Assembly (NCBI GenBank): GCA_964016885.1
Contig: OZ024740.1
Span: 73,222,001-73,286,000, forward strand
Direction: 5' to 3'
Source: Eledone cirrhosa
Taxonomy: Eukaryota
DNA: 64,000 bases
This document shows, in pieces, positions 46,185-61,997 of the stretch. The notes beneath the pieces were generated by a model. The model had not been told where the DNA came from and ran no database searches. It worked only from the letters and a program-made list of their open reading frames with translations. A program made the position numbers and the translations under genes. The stretch's first letter is position 1. The number at the start of each line of letters is the position of its first letter.

Positions 46185-46249
46185 GACAAAGGAACGATGT
46201 ACTAGTTTCAAGCTTATTAGCTATCGTCAGCACCGTATACCTTCCTGCC
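46185..46249 (-). ncRNA. Intact minimal type I hammerhead ribozyme
   Basis: ACGGUG-CUGACGA-UAGCU AAUA AGCUU-GAAA-CUAG-UA/CAUCGU, with stem I extension GGCAGGAAGG/CCUUUGUC. Confidence 0.9.
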
Positions 46250-46685
46250 AGATGATTGAATGTCTGAAATTATATACTTTCCTTATGCATATTAACGGCT
46301 GAGCAGCCTAATTTGCATATCGAGTGAGTTAATCGGCCGGGCGCACCGAAAACGATAAACGGAAAAAATGAAACGAAATTTCATTTCTCACTCTTACTAC
46401 GGCTGTTACTTAAATATAAGTATGTATACGTACATACATATGTGTATACAGACGTACAGTAGTATGTATATATATACATACATGCACACATATATATATA
46501 TATGTACGTATGGATTTGCCGAACATTTATTATAATGCTCGGTGTGTTTGTAAACAAACACCCCGAATAATGCCGTACAGTGTTTAGCAACCATTGTTGC
46601 CCTTTTGTTCAACACTGACAAAGGAACGATGTACTAGTTTCAATATGCATAAGGAAAGTATATACTTTCAGACGTTCAATCATCT

Positions 46686-46750
46686 GGCAGGAAGGTATAC
46701 GGTGCTGACGATAGCTAATAAGCTTGAAACTAGTACATCGTTCCTTTGTC
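46686..46750 (+). ncRNA. Intact minimal type I hammerhead ribozyme (inverted copy); predicted cleavage after 46735
   Basis: CTGACGA at 46705-46711, GAAA at 46726-46729, palindromic CTAG, GUA triplet; stem I acggtg/catcgt. Confidence 0.9.
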
Positions 46751-46942
46751 AGTGTTGAACAAAAGGACAACGATGGTTGCTGGACACTACGGCTTAATAC
46801 GGGATGTTTGTTTACAAACACACCGAGCATTATAATAAATGTTCGGTAAATCCATACGTACATATATATATGTGTGCATGTATATATATATATATACATA
46901 CTACTGTACGTCTGTATACATATATGTATGTACGTATACATA

Positions 46943-47744
<802 letters not shown>

Positions 47745-47935
47745 GTAGGAGGTGAGTTTTATTGTAGTACAATAAAGCAATGCAGATATCGGATAAGAAG
47801 CACTCTACAATTTGTAGGACTGGAGTATACATAATATATAAGAACAAAAGATGGTTAAAAGAGTTCCATGATGATATTTGTTTTTGAAATGCGCATAATA
47901 AAATACATGGAACTCTTTTAACCATCTTTTGTTCT

Positions 47936-47945
<10 letters not shown>
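47745..47945. mobile_element. Second fold-back copy of the 4285-4640 family
   Basis: gtaggaggtgagttttattgtag... shared; terminal IR taatatataagaacaaaagatggttaaaagagttccatg / catggaactcttttaaccatcttttgttcttatatatta. Confidence 0.85.
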
Positions 47946-47973
<28 letters not shown>

Positions 47974-48094
47974 GTATATGTATATGAATACATACATACA
48001 TACATATAAACATACATACATGCCACTATGAATGTGTTGATCTACGATATATGTTTACGTATAAGAACGTACACACGTATGAATCTTTATATGC

Positions 48095-48125
<31 letters not shown>

Positions 48126-48714
48126 TGTATGTATGTATGTATGTATGCATGTATGTATGTATGTATGTATGTATGTATGTATGTATGTATATATGTATGT
48201 ATGTTCTTCTGGCTTGATAATTTCACAAATTTTTTCCCAATAGAGAGAGAGTCGGTTTCTAACATAGACACAAGACTCTCTCATTGGAATTTATACAACA
48301 TCAACTAGGTAGATTATGTATGCATGTCTGCATGTGTAGATATGGATGTTATTGTATGTGTGGATGTGGATGTTTTGAGTTGTATGTGTGCATGTGTATA
48401 TGCTTTCTATCTGTACATGTCTATATGCTTTGTATCTGTACATGCGAATATGCAGTTATTAGATGAAAAATTTTGGGAATGTTTTACATATTTTTACTGT
48501 TCCATTAATGGATTGTACTTGTAATTTCCTAACTAGTTATGTATGTATGTTCTTCTGGTTTTATAATTTCACAATTTTTTTCCCAACAGTATGTATGTAT
48601 GTGTGTATGTATGTATCTATATATGTATGTATGCATGTATGTATGTATTGATTTTTACATATGCAGCCAAAAAAGGTGTGTACGCGCTCATGTATGTCTG
48701 TGTGTATGTATGTA

Positions 48715-48794
<80 letters not shown>

Positions 48795-48959
48795 TATATA
48801 TGTATGTTTATATATAGTCATACATTTCCTTTATTGCTTATACAAAGTAACATATGCAATCGTTTTGACATATATTTCTACATATATTTACATATAGTTG
48901 AATGTTTGTTACTATAGATATATTTGAATGAAACTAAATACACATGTGCACACATATAC

Positions 48960-49350
48960 ACACACATATACATATATATGTATGTATATATCTACACACA
49001 CACACATATATATTTATGTATATATCTACACACACACATATATACATATATATGTATGTATATATCTACATACACACACACATATACATATACATGTATG
49101 TATATATCTACATACACACCCATATATATATATGTATGTATATATCTACACACACACACCATATATATGTATGTATATATATCTACACACACATATATAT
49201 ACATATATATGTATGTATATATCTACATACACACACACATATACATATATATGTATGTATATATCTACATACACACCCATATATATATATGAATGTATAT
49301 ATATCTACACACACATATACATATATATGTATGTATATATATCTACATAA
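48960..49350 (+). repeat. Compound microsatellite-derived tandem repeat of about 35-40 bp (atgtatgtatatatctaca...)
   Basis: tatatctaca recurs about 11 times. Confidence 0.8.
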
Positions 49351-49959
49351 ACACACACGTATACATATATATGTGTGTGGTTGTGTGTCTGTGTGTGCGT
49401 GTGTGTATGACATGTGTATGTACATTTAAAGTACTTATGCTTGTATACAATTCATATTAGCGCATATCAATGCACGTATATATACGGACACGTGCACGAG
49501 TTTATACAGCCGTGTATATCTCAGGATAGCCAGTTCACGTGTACATCACGTATCTAATCACGTGTGTGTTACATTGAACGAGACCAATGAAAATACTATA
49601 TATAAGTGATTACGCCTCTCTACATAAGCTTATATAAACATATCCACACTTACACTGACAGACAGTCAGGCACTATTCACACGTATGCGTATATAATAGT
49701 ATATGCATCTGTATATATAATTATTATAATAATTTCATAGGTAGACGAATTGGTCTGATCTCGTATGAAAGATTTTCTATTTTCATACCTAAAAACAAAA
49801 GACTTATTGTTGTTTTTAAATCAAATAAAGAAGAAGGAAAAAAGAAATTTACTTTTTTCATTTGATTTCTTTGTAAAGCGCCACACTTCAAGTAACTTGT
49901 CTTTGTAATATCACCATTAATTGATGCCCCTCGAGCAAATATAAGAAATTATTATTATT

Positions 49960-50460
49960 TGGAATGGCAGTGACGGTAGAGCATCAGACATAGACTTCCG
50001 GACCTTTAGGCTCTGGGTTCAAGCCCCGCCGTAGTTAGCTTTGCCTTTCATCCGTACTTGGTCGATAAAATAAAGTACCAGTAACGGACTGGAGTCGATT
50101 TAATCGACTTTCCTCTCCCCAAATTACTGGCCTTGTGCCTATACTAGAAACAATTATTATTATTATTGCGGTGGATTGGCAGTATTGGTAGAGCGTCGAA
50201 CAAAATGCTTTGTGGCATATACCTACATCCGTTTACGTTTCGAGTTCAAATCCCGCGGAGGTTAGCTTTATCTTTCATCCTTAAAGGGTTGACAAAATAA
50301 AGTACCAGTAACGCACTGGTGTTGATTTAATCGATTTACTCTTCCCCAAAATTGTTGGCCTTGTGCATAAATTATTATTTATTATGGCTCTTTACCTTCT
50401 GGTTTAAAATCCAGTTGAGGCCAACTTTGCCTTTCATCCTTCTGGTGTTGATAAATTAAA
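49960..50460 (+). mobile_element. Three head-to-tail SINE family A copies
   Basis: B boxes near 50017, 50243 and 50402, each followed by ctttgcctttcatcc...gataaaataaag-like sequence. Confidence 0.8.
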
Positions 50461-51062
50461 TAACTGATATATAGCTTATATATAACTGACATTTCAGTTA
50501 TAATTCTGTTAAATAACTACTATATAATTGATATATAACTGTTGTATAACTGATATATAGCTTATATATAACTGACATTTCAGTTATAATTCTGTTAAAT
50601 AACTACTATATAATTGATATATAACTGTTGTATAACTGATATATAGCTTATATATAACTGACATTTCAGTTATAATTCTGTTAAATAACTACTATATAAT
50701 TGATATATAACTGTTGTATAACTGATATATAGCTTATATATAACTGACATTTCAGTTATAATTCTGTTAAATAACTACTATATAATTGATATATAACTGT
50801 TGTATAACTGATATATAGCTTATATATAACTGACATTTCAGTTATAATTCTGTTAAATAACTACTATATAATTGATATATAACTGTTGTATAACTGATAT
50901 ATAGCTTATATATAACTGACATTTCAGTTATAATTCTGTTAAATAACTACTATATAATTGATATATAACTGTTGTATAACTGATATATAGCTTATATATA
51001 ACTGACATTTCAGTTATAATTCTGTTAAATAACTACTATATAATTGATATATAACTGTTATA
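50461..51062 (+). repeat. 86-bp AT-rich minisatellite, 7 near-identical copies
   Basis: taactgatatatagcttatatataactgacatttcagttataattctgttaaataactactatataattgatatataactgttgta starts at 50461, 50547, and so on. Confidence 0.95.
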
Positions 51063-51194
51063 TAACTGTTATATAACAGATATAATAACAAGATTGTGCT
51101 ATGTAACTTGAGGTCCTCACACTATGGCGGTGTCACTATCTTTTATATCAATGAAAAGAGGGGCCATCTTTACAGATTGATGTCTCATTATGAA

Positions 51195-51565
51195 TTCTTC
51201 TTCTTCTTCTTCTTCTTCTTCTTCTTCTTCTTCTTCTTGCGAGAGTCGTGGAGGCAGAGTCATCAAGCACGTCTTCTAGCGGGTCCTGTCAAACATAACT
51301 GTCTCCAACTAATCCAGCTGGATCCCCAAGCGAGACCAGCCAAGCTCATGGATGTTATCGAATAATCTTGCTCAAGGTCTATCCCTGGGTCTTCTCCCTG
51401 CTGGTTTTACCGTAAAATCTGTCCAGCGATTCTTTTCTGAAACATTCTAACCACATAGCCGTAATATCGAAACTGTGATCTCTCAGTTCGGCGAAGTAGC
51501 GACTCTACCTGGAGTGACTCTGATCTCTAAGTTACGCACTCTATAGAATAACGTTACTCCAGTAA
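51195..51565 (-). mobile_element. RTE-like LINE 3' end with (GAA)n tail
   Basis: Decayed ERSQFRYYGYVVRM...GRRPRDRP motif (RTE C-terminal RLRWxGHVxRM...GRP). Confidence 0.65.
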
Positions 51566-52755
51566 TTATTATTGTTAGATAAAATATTTGTGGTATTTTG
51601 TTACGACCCCTTATGTTCTGTGTTCAAATCTCACCGAGGTCTTGTTTTTCCTTTTTCCAAGAGTCGATAAAATAAAATAACAATTAAGTAGTGAGATCAA
51701 TTTAATCATTTTGTTTTTCCAAAATTGCTGACTTTGTGTCTAAATTAGCAAGGATTAGTGGAGGACTTGAGCGACGATTGCCTGGGAGAGACGCTGAGTG
51801 TCGACGTGGAATGTCTGAGTAGACTTTCTGAAAGACTTGGGTAGTTTATTAACAATTTCCAAGGATCTTTTTACATGGCAGTACTACGGGGATACATCAC
51901 CAGTTCAGGACTAGCTCTATAGGCATTAAAGTGCCAGCAGCCGAGCTTCTCTGATGCATGCAATGCGACGAAACCGCCAGTCAGTCTATGAAATTTTCAG
52001 ACAACCCTTGTAGTTAAGGTGCCAGATAAAATATCACGTCGTATTTAGCTATGGTTCTCTATGTTCTGAGTTCAAATCCTAACTCGGTCAACATTGTTTT
52101 TTTTTTCTTATCTTCCTGGGGTGGATACAATATTATACCTTTCATGTACTGGGCTGGATTTAATCGACTTTCCCCTCACCCACATTGTTTGTCTTTAGAA
52201 ATTAGTATCATCTTCATCAATAACAATCAACACCACCAACACCATCCACATCCACCTCCACCTCCGCCAACACCATCAACACCAACAAAACCACCCACTA
52301 CTAATTCCAACACCGTCGCCATCACCTGCACCACAATCCACCAATCACCACACACCCACTACCACCAACTCCAACACCAACACCACCATAACAACATCAA
52401 CAACTACAATATTGAAGCATCTTGTCTGCTTCGCTTTCGTTTATTTTGTTCTCACTTTCTTCCATTAGTATTTTTTCTATATTCTACTTACCCCTTACCC
52501 CCACCATTCTATTCACATCTTCTCCACCACCACCCTTCTATTCTCCCCTTCTCCACCACCCTTATGATCCCAAACCAAAATTCCTCCTCGTCCCATTTTA
52601 TCAAATATATGATTGTTATTATTATTACATTATTGTTCCGCCATTTGTTCCTTTTTGGATGTTCCTCTGTAAAAGAGGACTGTTTCACTATGTATATCAT
52701 ACAGGCATATATACATATATATGCATGTATGATATACATATATATGCCATATAAG

Positions 52756-53790
<1,035 letters not shown>

Positions 53791-54110
53791 TAAAGAAATC
53801 ATTATTATTAATTGCTGGCCTTGTGCCTAAAGTAGAAACAATTATTATTCCACACATGTGTGAAGACGTTACAAGCCTGCGGGAGAAACGGTTCGTAATT
53901 TTAAGCTGTTTTAAAGTATCACTTTTTTGTATTTTCTTGTCGATAACGACGCATAAGGTACCCACCTTGGTTCCAAGGAGAGGAGACCTTTCAATATTCG
54001 GGCTTTCAGTCCGAATATTTCGATTTATTGTTAAACACTTCGAAAAAATCGCTCCCCCCACATCGAGGCTTTTAAAGGGGTCCCTAAAAGAAACCCCACC
54101 AAACCCCATC

Positions 54111-55510
54111 GGACCAGACCTCCAGGTGGAAAAGAATTGGGACGAGGTAACGAGCAGAGTAGCCAGTCTCACCCCAAAATGGGCTGCGAGGAAGCTATCA
54201 TTGAAAGGTCGCGCGGAAGTGGCGAATGCGTACATCGCGTCCGTCAACTCCTACCGCCTGACCATCGTGCCTTGCTCCCGTCCGCGCCTCGCCAAGTTTG
54301 AACGACTCCTCTTCAAATTCTTTTGGAGAGGACAAGCCCCGTTGGAGAGGCGGTCCATCTGCTGCCAGCACCTTCTACACGGAGGGCTGGGAATGCCATG
54401 GCTAATGATGCGCAGACATGCGCTGAGGCTGCGTCATCTCCAGATATTCTGCCTAAACGGTGACCAGGTGTGGTCGCCGTTTATTAGAAGGGCCTTTCCG
54501 CAGCTCGTTTCTTTGACTGAGCTGCAGTCCTGGGTCAAGAAGAGACCAAGACTGAGTGACTGGCACCTGGAATGTTCCAGGCACTCACTGCCCTCTACCA
54601 AGCGGGCAATGCGCTCAGTGGAACTTCCACTCTCGAGTTCTATAGATGATTAGTGGTGGGCAAGTGCGATGATGCACTCGGAGAAGCTTTGGGCCTCGAC
54701 GAAGTCGAACTGACCAGTCAGTTCCGGAGAACTTTCGAGCGGGGGCGATGGTCAACTTGGCAGTGCTACTGGGGGGGGGGTTCACTGCCGGTTCGGGATA
54801 AACTCTACAGGCACGGAAGTGCTGTCAGACGGACATGCCCGAGATGCGCTCAGAGCGACGAAACCGTTCCACACACACTTGTCCAATGTCCGTGCATTAC
54901 TGACTTGTGGAGTTATGTCGGACAGCTATTGTCGCGTGTAGAACGGATCCGGCTATCGGCCAAGTCCATAGTGAAGATCGACCCGCCGCTTTCCTTTGGC
55001 CAGGAAGAGCAGGTAATTTTCCTGTCTGGTGGCAGTTGCGAAAGAGGTAGTATGGTGGACCAGGTTGAAAGGACTGAAGACAGACACTTTTCTCTTCGGC
55101 CAATCCCTCATCAACTTCTTCAAGTTTCACCTGAAAGGAAGGTGAGGGTGGAGAGAGAAGTGCTGCCCCCCAGTACATTTGCTAAAAGGTGGATGAATGT
55201 GGCGAAAATGGCCCGTGTGACTGGCTGGCTAATTTGAGGAGGAGAGGGGTGCTCTTCCCGGGTACCCTACAAGCGCAAGGTGGTTCAGGATTGGTGGGGT
55301 ACCTGATCACCCCTAGGTCACCCCCCTCCCTATTGGGGAATTTATTTTATTATATTTATGCATAGTTTATTTTATATATTTTTTATATCTTCATTGTTAA
55401 ATGAGTCTTGCCATTGTGCACTTTTACTCGAGCTTATTGTAAACCCCCCACTGTCCCTGTCTTTGTATTGTCCCCTACATGTCGGCCCTTGTGGCCAATA
55501 AATGAAACCA
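54111..55510 (+). mobile_element. Tx1/L1-clade LINE ORF2 C-terminal part plus 3' UTR, decayed
   Basis: GPDLQVEKNW, RKLSLKGRAEVAN, GGLGMP and zf-RVT CPRCAQSDETVPHTLVQC; homologous to 62926-64000. Confidence 0.9.
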
Positions 55511-55521
55511 TCATTATTATA

Positions 55522-55672
55522 TGTCATGCTTTCTAGCATAGTTACGTCCCTTTACGGTCTGAGTTCAAATCCCGCCGAGGTTAACTTTGCCTTTCATCCT
55601 TACGGGGGTCGATAAAATAAAGTACCAGTAATGTACTGGGCAATTGCTGGCCTTGTGCCAAAAGTAGAAACA

Positions 55673-55710
<38 letters not shown>
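55522..55710 (+). mobile_element. SINE family A with (TTA)n tail
   Basis: Match to 13023-13210. Confidence 0.85.
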
Positions 55711-55711
<1 letters not shown>

Positions 55712-56398
55712 GAGGGGTTTTTTTCTTCAATATTTATATTTACATATATATGTGTTGTTTGTTTTACTCTGTACGGTGTTATTTATTGCGGCTCCCTCCA
55801 CTGACTGTACAATCGTGGCAGACGACAACAGCGCACGGCGGCTCAGATAGTTTACAAAGGGAAAGAAGGAAAGAAAGGGGGAGATAAATGGAGTCGCATA
55901 GCTAGAAGGGACAGAATGGTGGTGAGTCTTGCACAGTTTGTCAGTCTAGTATGGCTGAGAAACGGCAAATAAAAGAGGTGATGGGCGTTTGAATGAACCG
56001 AGATCACTCTGTAATCGGTGGTGTTCTAATCACTAAGGGTTTTTTTGGGGGGGGGGGGGTCGAATAGGATTTGAATTAAAAGCGGAAATTGCACAGTTAA
56101 TTCTAGTCACTTTCCTATCAGGATGTCTGTCCCTAAAGATAAAAAAATAGATGAAAAAATCGAAGTTACGGCGGTGAACGTTGTTGATTGAGAAGAAGAA
56201 GAAGAAGAAGAAGAATGGGGGGGGGGGGAGAAGAAGAAGAAGAAGAAGAAGAAGAAGAAGAAGAAGAAGAAGATCAACAACAACAAGATAAAGAAAGAGG
56301 GGAGTGAAACGACAGTAGAAACAACAATAACAACAATAACAAGATCATCATCTGTAGAAACAACAAATATATATATATTGACATATTGATTTGATACG

Positions 56399-56540
56399 TT
56401 AAACCTTCCCGTCACCACCACCTCCACCTCCACCGGCACCTCCACCACCACCACCTCCACCGGCACCTCCACCACCACCTGCACCTCCACCACCGGCACC
56501 TCCACCTCCACCTCCACCACCACCACCACCACACAGGCCG
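56399..56540 (-). CDS. Possible Gly/Ala-rich terminal exon (GLCGGG...GAGG...DGKV*)
   Basis: ttgtttattgtttgatgtctccag acceptor-like site, open frame to TAA, non-repetitive sequence downstream; could equally be a GGT repeat. Confidence 0.2.
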
Positions 56541-57033
56541 CTGGAGACATCAAACAATAAACAAACTAATAAGACATTGGTTGTAGATCGAGAGAGGGGG
56601 AAAGGAAGAGAGGGAAAGGGGGAGAGCGGGGGAAAGAAGGAAAGGAATAGAGAGTGGCAGAGAGGGAAAGGAAGAGAGAGGGGAGAAATGAAGAGAGAGG
56701 GTGAGAGAAGGAAAGGAAGAGAGGAGAGAGGGAAAGCGAGAGAGAGGGGGGAAAGAGAGAAAAGAAGAGAGTGGGGGGAAAAGGGACAGGAAGAGAGAGG
56801 AGGAGAGAGGGAAAGGAAGAGAAAGGGAAGAGAAAGGGAAAAGAAGAGAGAGGGGAAGAGAGGGAAAGGAAGAGAAAGGGAAAAGATGAGGAGGTGAGAG
56901 AGGGAAGAGAGGTGAAAGGAGAGAAAGTGAAAGGAAGAGAGAGGGAGGAAACAGGGATAGAAACAGACCATCAGACAGACAGCAGAGAGGGTGGACAGAG
57001 GAGGAGAAGACAGAGATTGAGAGAGAGAGAGAG

Positions 57034-57072
<39 letters not shown>

Positions 57073-57134
57073 ATAGGTGAGTGTAGAAGAAGGAGGACAA
57101 AATAGAAATATATATATATATATAATAGTTATAT

Positions 57135-57430
57135 ATCATCATCATCATTTTACGTCCGCTTTTCCCTGCTTGCAAGGGTGGGACGGGTCTTATTCAGCAC
57201 AGCATCACTCCACTTGTCACGGTCCTTCGTCATCTCCACCGTGAGCTTCAGCGATCTGAGGTCTGCTCTCACCACCTCCGCTCATGTTTTTCGTGGTCTT
57301 CTTCTACTACGTCTTCCTTCAACTGGCATTTCTTCACCCATCGGTCAACCTCCATGCGTATCACATGTCCATACCATCGCAGTCTCCTCTCCCGCACACA
57401 ACAATTATCCCTCTCAGACACAGTTTCTCT
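57135..57430 (-). mobile_element. RTE LINE 3' end with (GAT)n tail
   Basis: VRERRLRWYGHVIRME...RRRPRKT.AEVVRADL. Confidence 0.8.
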
Positions 57431-57433
57431 CTC

Positions 57434-58339
<906 letters not shown>

Positions 58340-58382
58340 TATATATATATAAACAATATTAGTAAATGGAAAATATCTCAAG

Positions 58383-58425
<43 letters not shown>

Positions 58426-58593
58426 TGAAAGAAAGGAGAAAACTAGTTCGAATGAAAATATATATGTACAAAAATATAGTTATTCACATCTGGGAAAATA
58501 CAAGATATGACTTAAGATACGAATCAAAAAAGAAAGAGATACAAAGATAGATAAGGAGGGGGGGACTGTAAAACACACAAGCGCGCACGCACA

Positions 58594-58624
<31 letters not shown>

Positions 58625-58921
58625 GCACACACATACACACAAAAGCACACATATTTTTACGTTGTATGGTTTAACTAATAGGTAGCTGGGTTTGTGATCC
58701 AGTCATTCCGATCAGCCGACCGTAATGTTATAAGCAAAAAGCACTCAACGTCATGTGTATCTTCCATCATAGATGTGGTATCACGTAGCTGGTACACGAA
58801 CGGGGTTGAACATGGTAAGGTTGAACTCCAATAACTTGATTTATTGTTACATAATACGTATTTCTGTGGTCGATAAATCTACCTTATCAGACCTAGACGC
58901 AAATTAAATAGTTGGACTTGA

Positions 58922-59226
58922 TCTCTCTACTACATGTTTCCTCCAGGGTCAACTCTATGCTGGTTGCTCTCGAGTTGGAAGCAGCAATAATTTATTCGTA
59001 TGACACCAACAAAAAATTACACAATGAATATTGTTTACCCTGAGGTGCTTCAAGATTGACAGATTTTCATTTCTAAATTCTATTATCATTACAATCTTGA
59101 CATTTTTTTTTATAAAATATATATATTTTGAAATAATTATGAGAAAAATATATATCTTGATATTTATTGTTTACTACTCTGAATAAGAACAACAGTAACC
59201 CGGCCAACGCCGGGTCATTCAGCTAG
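58922..59226 (+). mobile_element. Non-autonomous Helitron (3' end clear, 5' end tentative)
   Basis: Hairpin acccggc-caac-gccgggt (59198-59215), then CTAG (59223-59226) followed by T; candidate A|TC 5' end at 58922. Confidence 0.7.
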
Positions 59227-59230
59227 TGTA

Positions 59231-59314
<84 letters not shown>

Positions 59315-59428
59315 AATGAATAATAACAGGTAGACATCATAAAAAAGGTAATTTATTCCGAGTGCTTACAAACGTTTCAACAGTAGTTATACTAAGCATT
59401 TCTTGCATAACCTAATATATATATATAT

Positions 59429-59731
<303 letters not shown>

Positions 59732-59862
59732 AGCTTATTAAGTTGTGTGTTGGACTGTTATTTCTATTCAATACACGCTTACCACGTTTGACTGGCGGAG
59801 CACGAGGTGATAAATTCATCTTTCTGTGTGAACGTTGGCAAATAGTGTTTGTGGCATTTAAT

Positions 59863-59934
59863 CAGATGAAGCCCAGGATTATCTGTTACAAACACACTCA
59901 GGGCGAAACAGATTAGGGATAATCTGTCCGAGAG
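59863..59934 (+). ncRNA. Hammerhead motif with a full stem III (core CAGAUGA); stem I 5' arm lost
   Basis: CAGAUGA-AGCCC...GGGC-GAAA-CAGAUUA GGGA UAAUCUG-UC. Confidence 0.7.
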
Positions 59935-60059
59935 ATATAATGGTTATTGAGGCGGTTTGTATATTTTATCATTCTGTCTGCTTCTTGGTTAAATATTTCA
60001 AACAGATGTGGTTTTTCAACCCTTGTAATTTTAGACACACGGTTTACTGTGTTTCTTAC

Positions 60060-60127
<68 letters not shown>

Positions 60128-60322
60128 CTGTGTGTGTGTGTGTGTGTGTGATGTGATGGTTTGTACAAAATAGAAATACAAAATTTTAAACTAGAGACCC
60201 TTTAGAAAGATAAAGACATTGAAAGACAGAAATGTGCGACTTCACAAACGAATCTACGTATCTAAACAAATTTGCATGTGTGTGTAAAATATTATATGTA
60301 CACACACACACGTGTATATATA

Positions 60323-60508
60323 ACTGTTTCTACTTTTGACACAAGGCTAGCAGTTATCCAGTGCATTACTGGTACTTTATTCTATCGACCCGGTAAGGAT
60401 GAAAGGCAAAGTTAACCTCGACGAGATTTGAGCTCAGACCGTAAAGGGACGTAACTATGCTGCAAAGCATGGTGTCCGACTCTCTACCGATACTGCCAAT
60501 TCACCGCC
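60323..60508 (-). mobile_element. SINE family A, full length
   Basis: Reverse complement of the 10001-10180 type. Confidence 0.85.
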
Positions 60509-60714
60509 CTTATACGTGCATATATAACATGTATATATATATATAACATGTATATATATATATATAACATGTATATATATATAACAAAAAGTTATCGGTA
60601 TTCATGACTGAATACAATAAATGTAATCTGAGTTTATATATATATATATATATTATGGCACTTACTAAGAGTGAGAAATGAAATTTCGTTTCATTCTATT
60701 CCATTTATATATAT

Positions 60715-60768
<54 letters not shown>

Positions 60769-60772
60769 TTAT

Positions 60773-61007
60773 TATAAAGAAAACGAAAAATCAGTGATGC
60801 ATCTGGACTTAGTTTATTTCGTGTTACAAATGTTTCGCCGGCATGTAGCTCGAGTCATGGTTCTTGTATGGATCTGGCTGATTCTACTTCTGCGGGTTCT
60901 TTCAGACACGGGTGTTATGTCCGGAGCAAATTTTATCAGAGTGATAAGTCCAGATGCATCACTGATTTTTCGTTTTCTTTATATCTACACTCTACTCTGA
61001 TGAAAAT
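60773..61007. mobile_element. Circularly permuted monomer of about 180 nt with a hammerhead (60820-60910, minus) and a 39-bp fold-back
   Basis: CGUGU-CUGAAAGA-stem II-GAAA-C AUUU GUA/ACACG; IR 60773-60811 / 60945-60983. Confidence 0.75.
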
Positions 61008-61579
61008 CGAGTGGTAATTTTGGCATACCGCCTACGGAAGCACCATAGCTACCACTATGCACAAATATATATATACAATGTACCCGCGATATTCGCTGTC
61101 CCGGTTATTCGCGGAATTTTCCTTAGAACCTAACTGAGAACTGTTTGTGCAAACCACCGCACATTGGCGGAATCGTATATATCTTCCGCGATTTTTTAAT
61201 GGCTTTTTTCGTGGCAATATATACATTTTTTTAACACTAAATTATTAATAACAAAATACCATATTTGCCAGCCTATTGGAGCCCCCTTCGCATAAGACGC
61301 TCCCTCTTTTTTTAATTATATTTTATGTTATATTTTGACGTTTATATGTATTTTTATGGATCACGTCTAATATTCACGGTTTTTCATTCTTCACGGGTAA
61401 TCTCGGAATGTAACATGCGCGAATACCAGGGGACAACTATATTTATATACACATATATATAACAAAGATAACTAAGATTTGTATGTTTGGTGTGGTGACT
61501 GATATGGCCTACCTTGGGTTATTGATCAGGATAAAATTACGACCCAAAGTGAAGCATCGAGCGTACACTATATATATAA

Positions 61580-61790
61580 CAAATTTGATATAGAAATGGC
61601 TTCTACAGGACTAGAACTGTTTCATCCGAAGGAAATCAACAGGAAAACAGCTGGCATTGTAATACGGTGGTATTTGTATGTCTTCTGGTGGTTGAAGAAG
61701 GCGGTGACTTTGAGTAATGTATTGAACTAATGTATTGACTAATGTATTGAATACCTTACTTGCTGTGGTTACCCCCAGTTGAACCCGGGA

Positions 61791-61795
<5 letters not shown>
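61580..61795. mobile_element. Tail-out copy of the 45690-45883 family; hammerhead at 61599-61651 (minus, core CUGUUGA)
   Basis: UUUUC-CUGUUGA-UUUCC UUC GGAU-GAAA-CAG(UUCUAGUC)CUG-UA/GAAGC. Confidence 0.8.
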
Positions 61796-61861
<66 letters not shown>

Positions 61862-61912
61862 TATAAGCATGAAGGAACAATGATTCAGTGTTGCATCATA
61901 ACATATTTAATA

Positions 61913-61997
61913 ACATATTACATATGTTTCACTATCGATCAGCTCGAGGCAAGACCTATAATAGATCAAACCTGACTCCAAAGATCGTCAGATATGC
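61913..61997 (-). ncRNA. Minimal type I hammerhead ribozyme, intact core, long stem II region
   Basis: GCAUAU-CUGACGA-(54 nt)-GAAA-C AUAU GUA/AUAUGU; palindromic CAUAUG in place of stem III. Confidence 0.8.

Noticed and set aside
50461-51062. CRISPR-like array
   Set aside because: The units are contiguous and identical with no unique spacers; there are no cas genes and the context is eukaryotic.
61490-61570. Very degenerate hammerhead-like pattern (gtgactgatat...gtgaagcatcgagcgtacac)
   Set aside because: Both core boxes are mutated and stem I has only 3 bp; not supportable.
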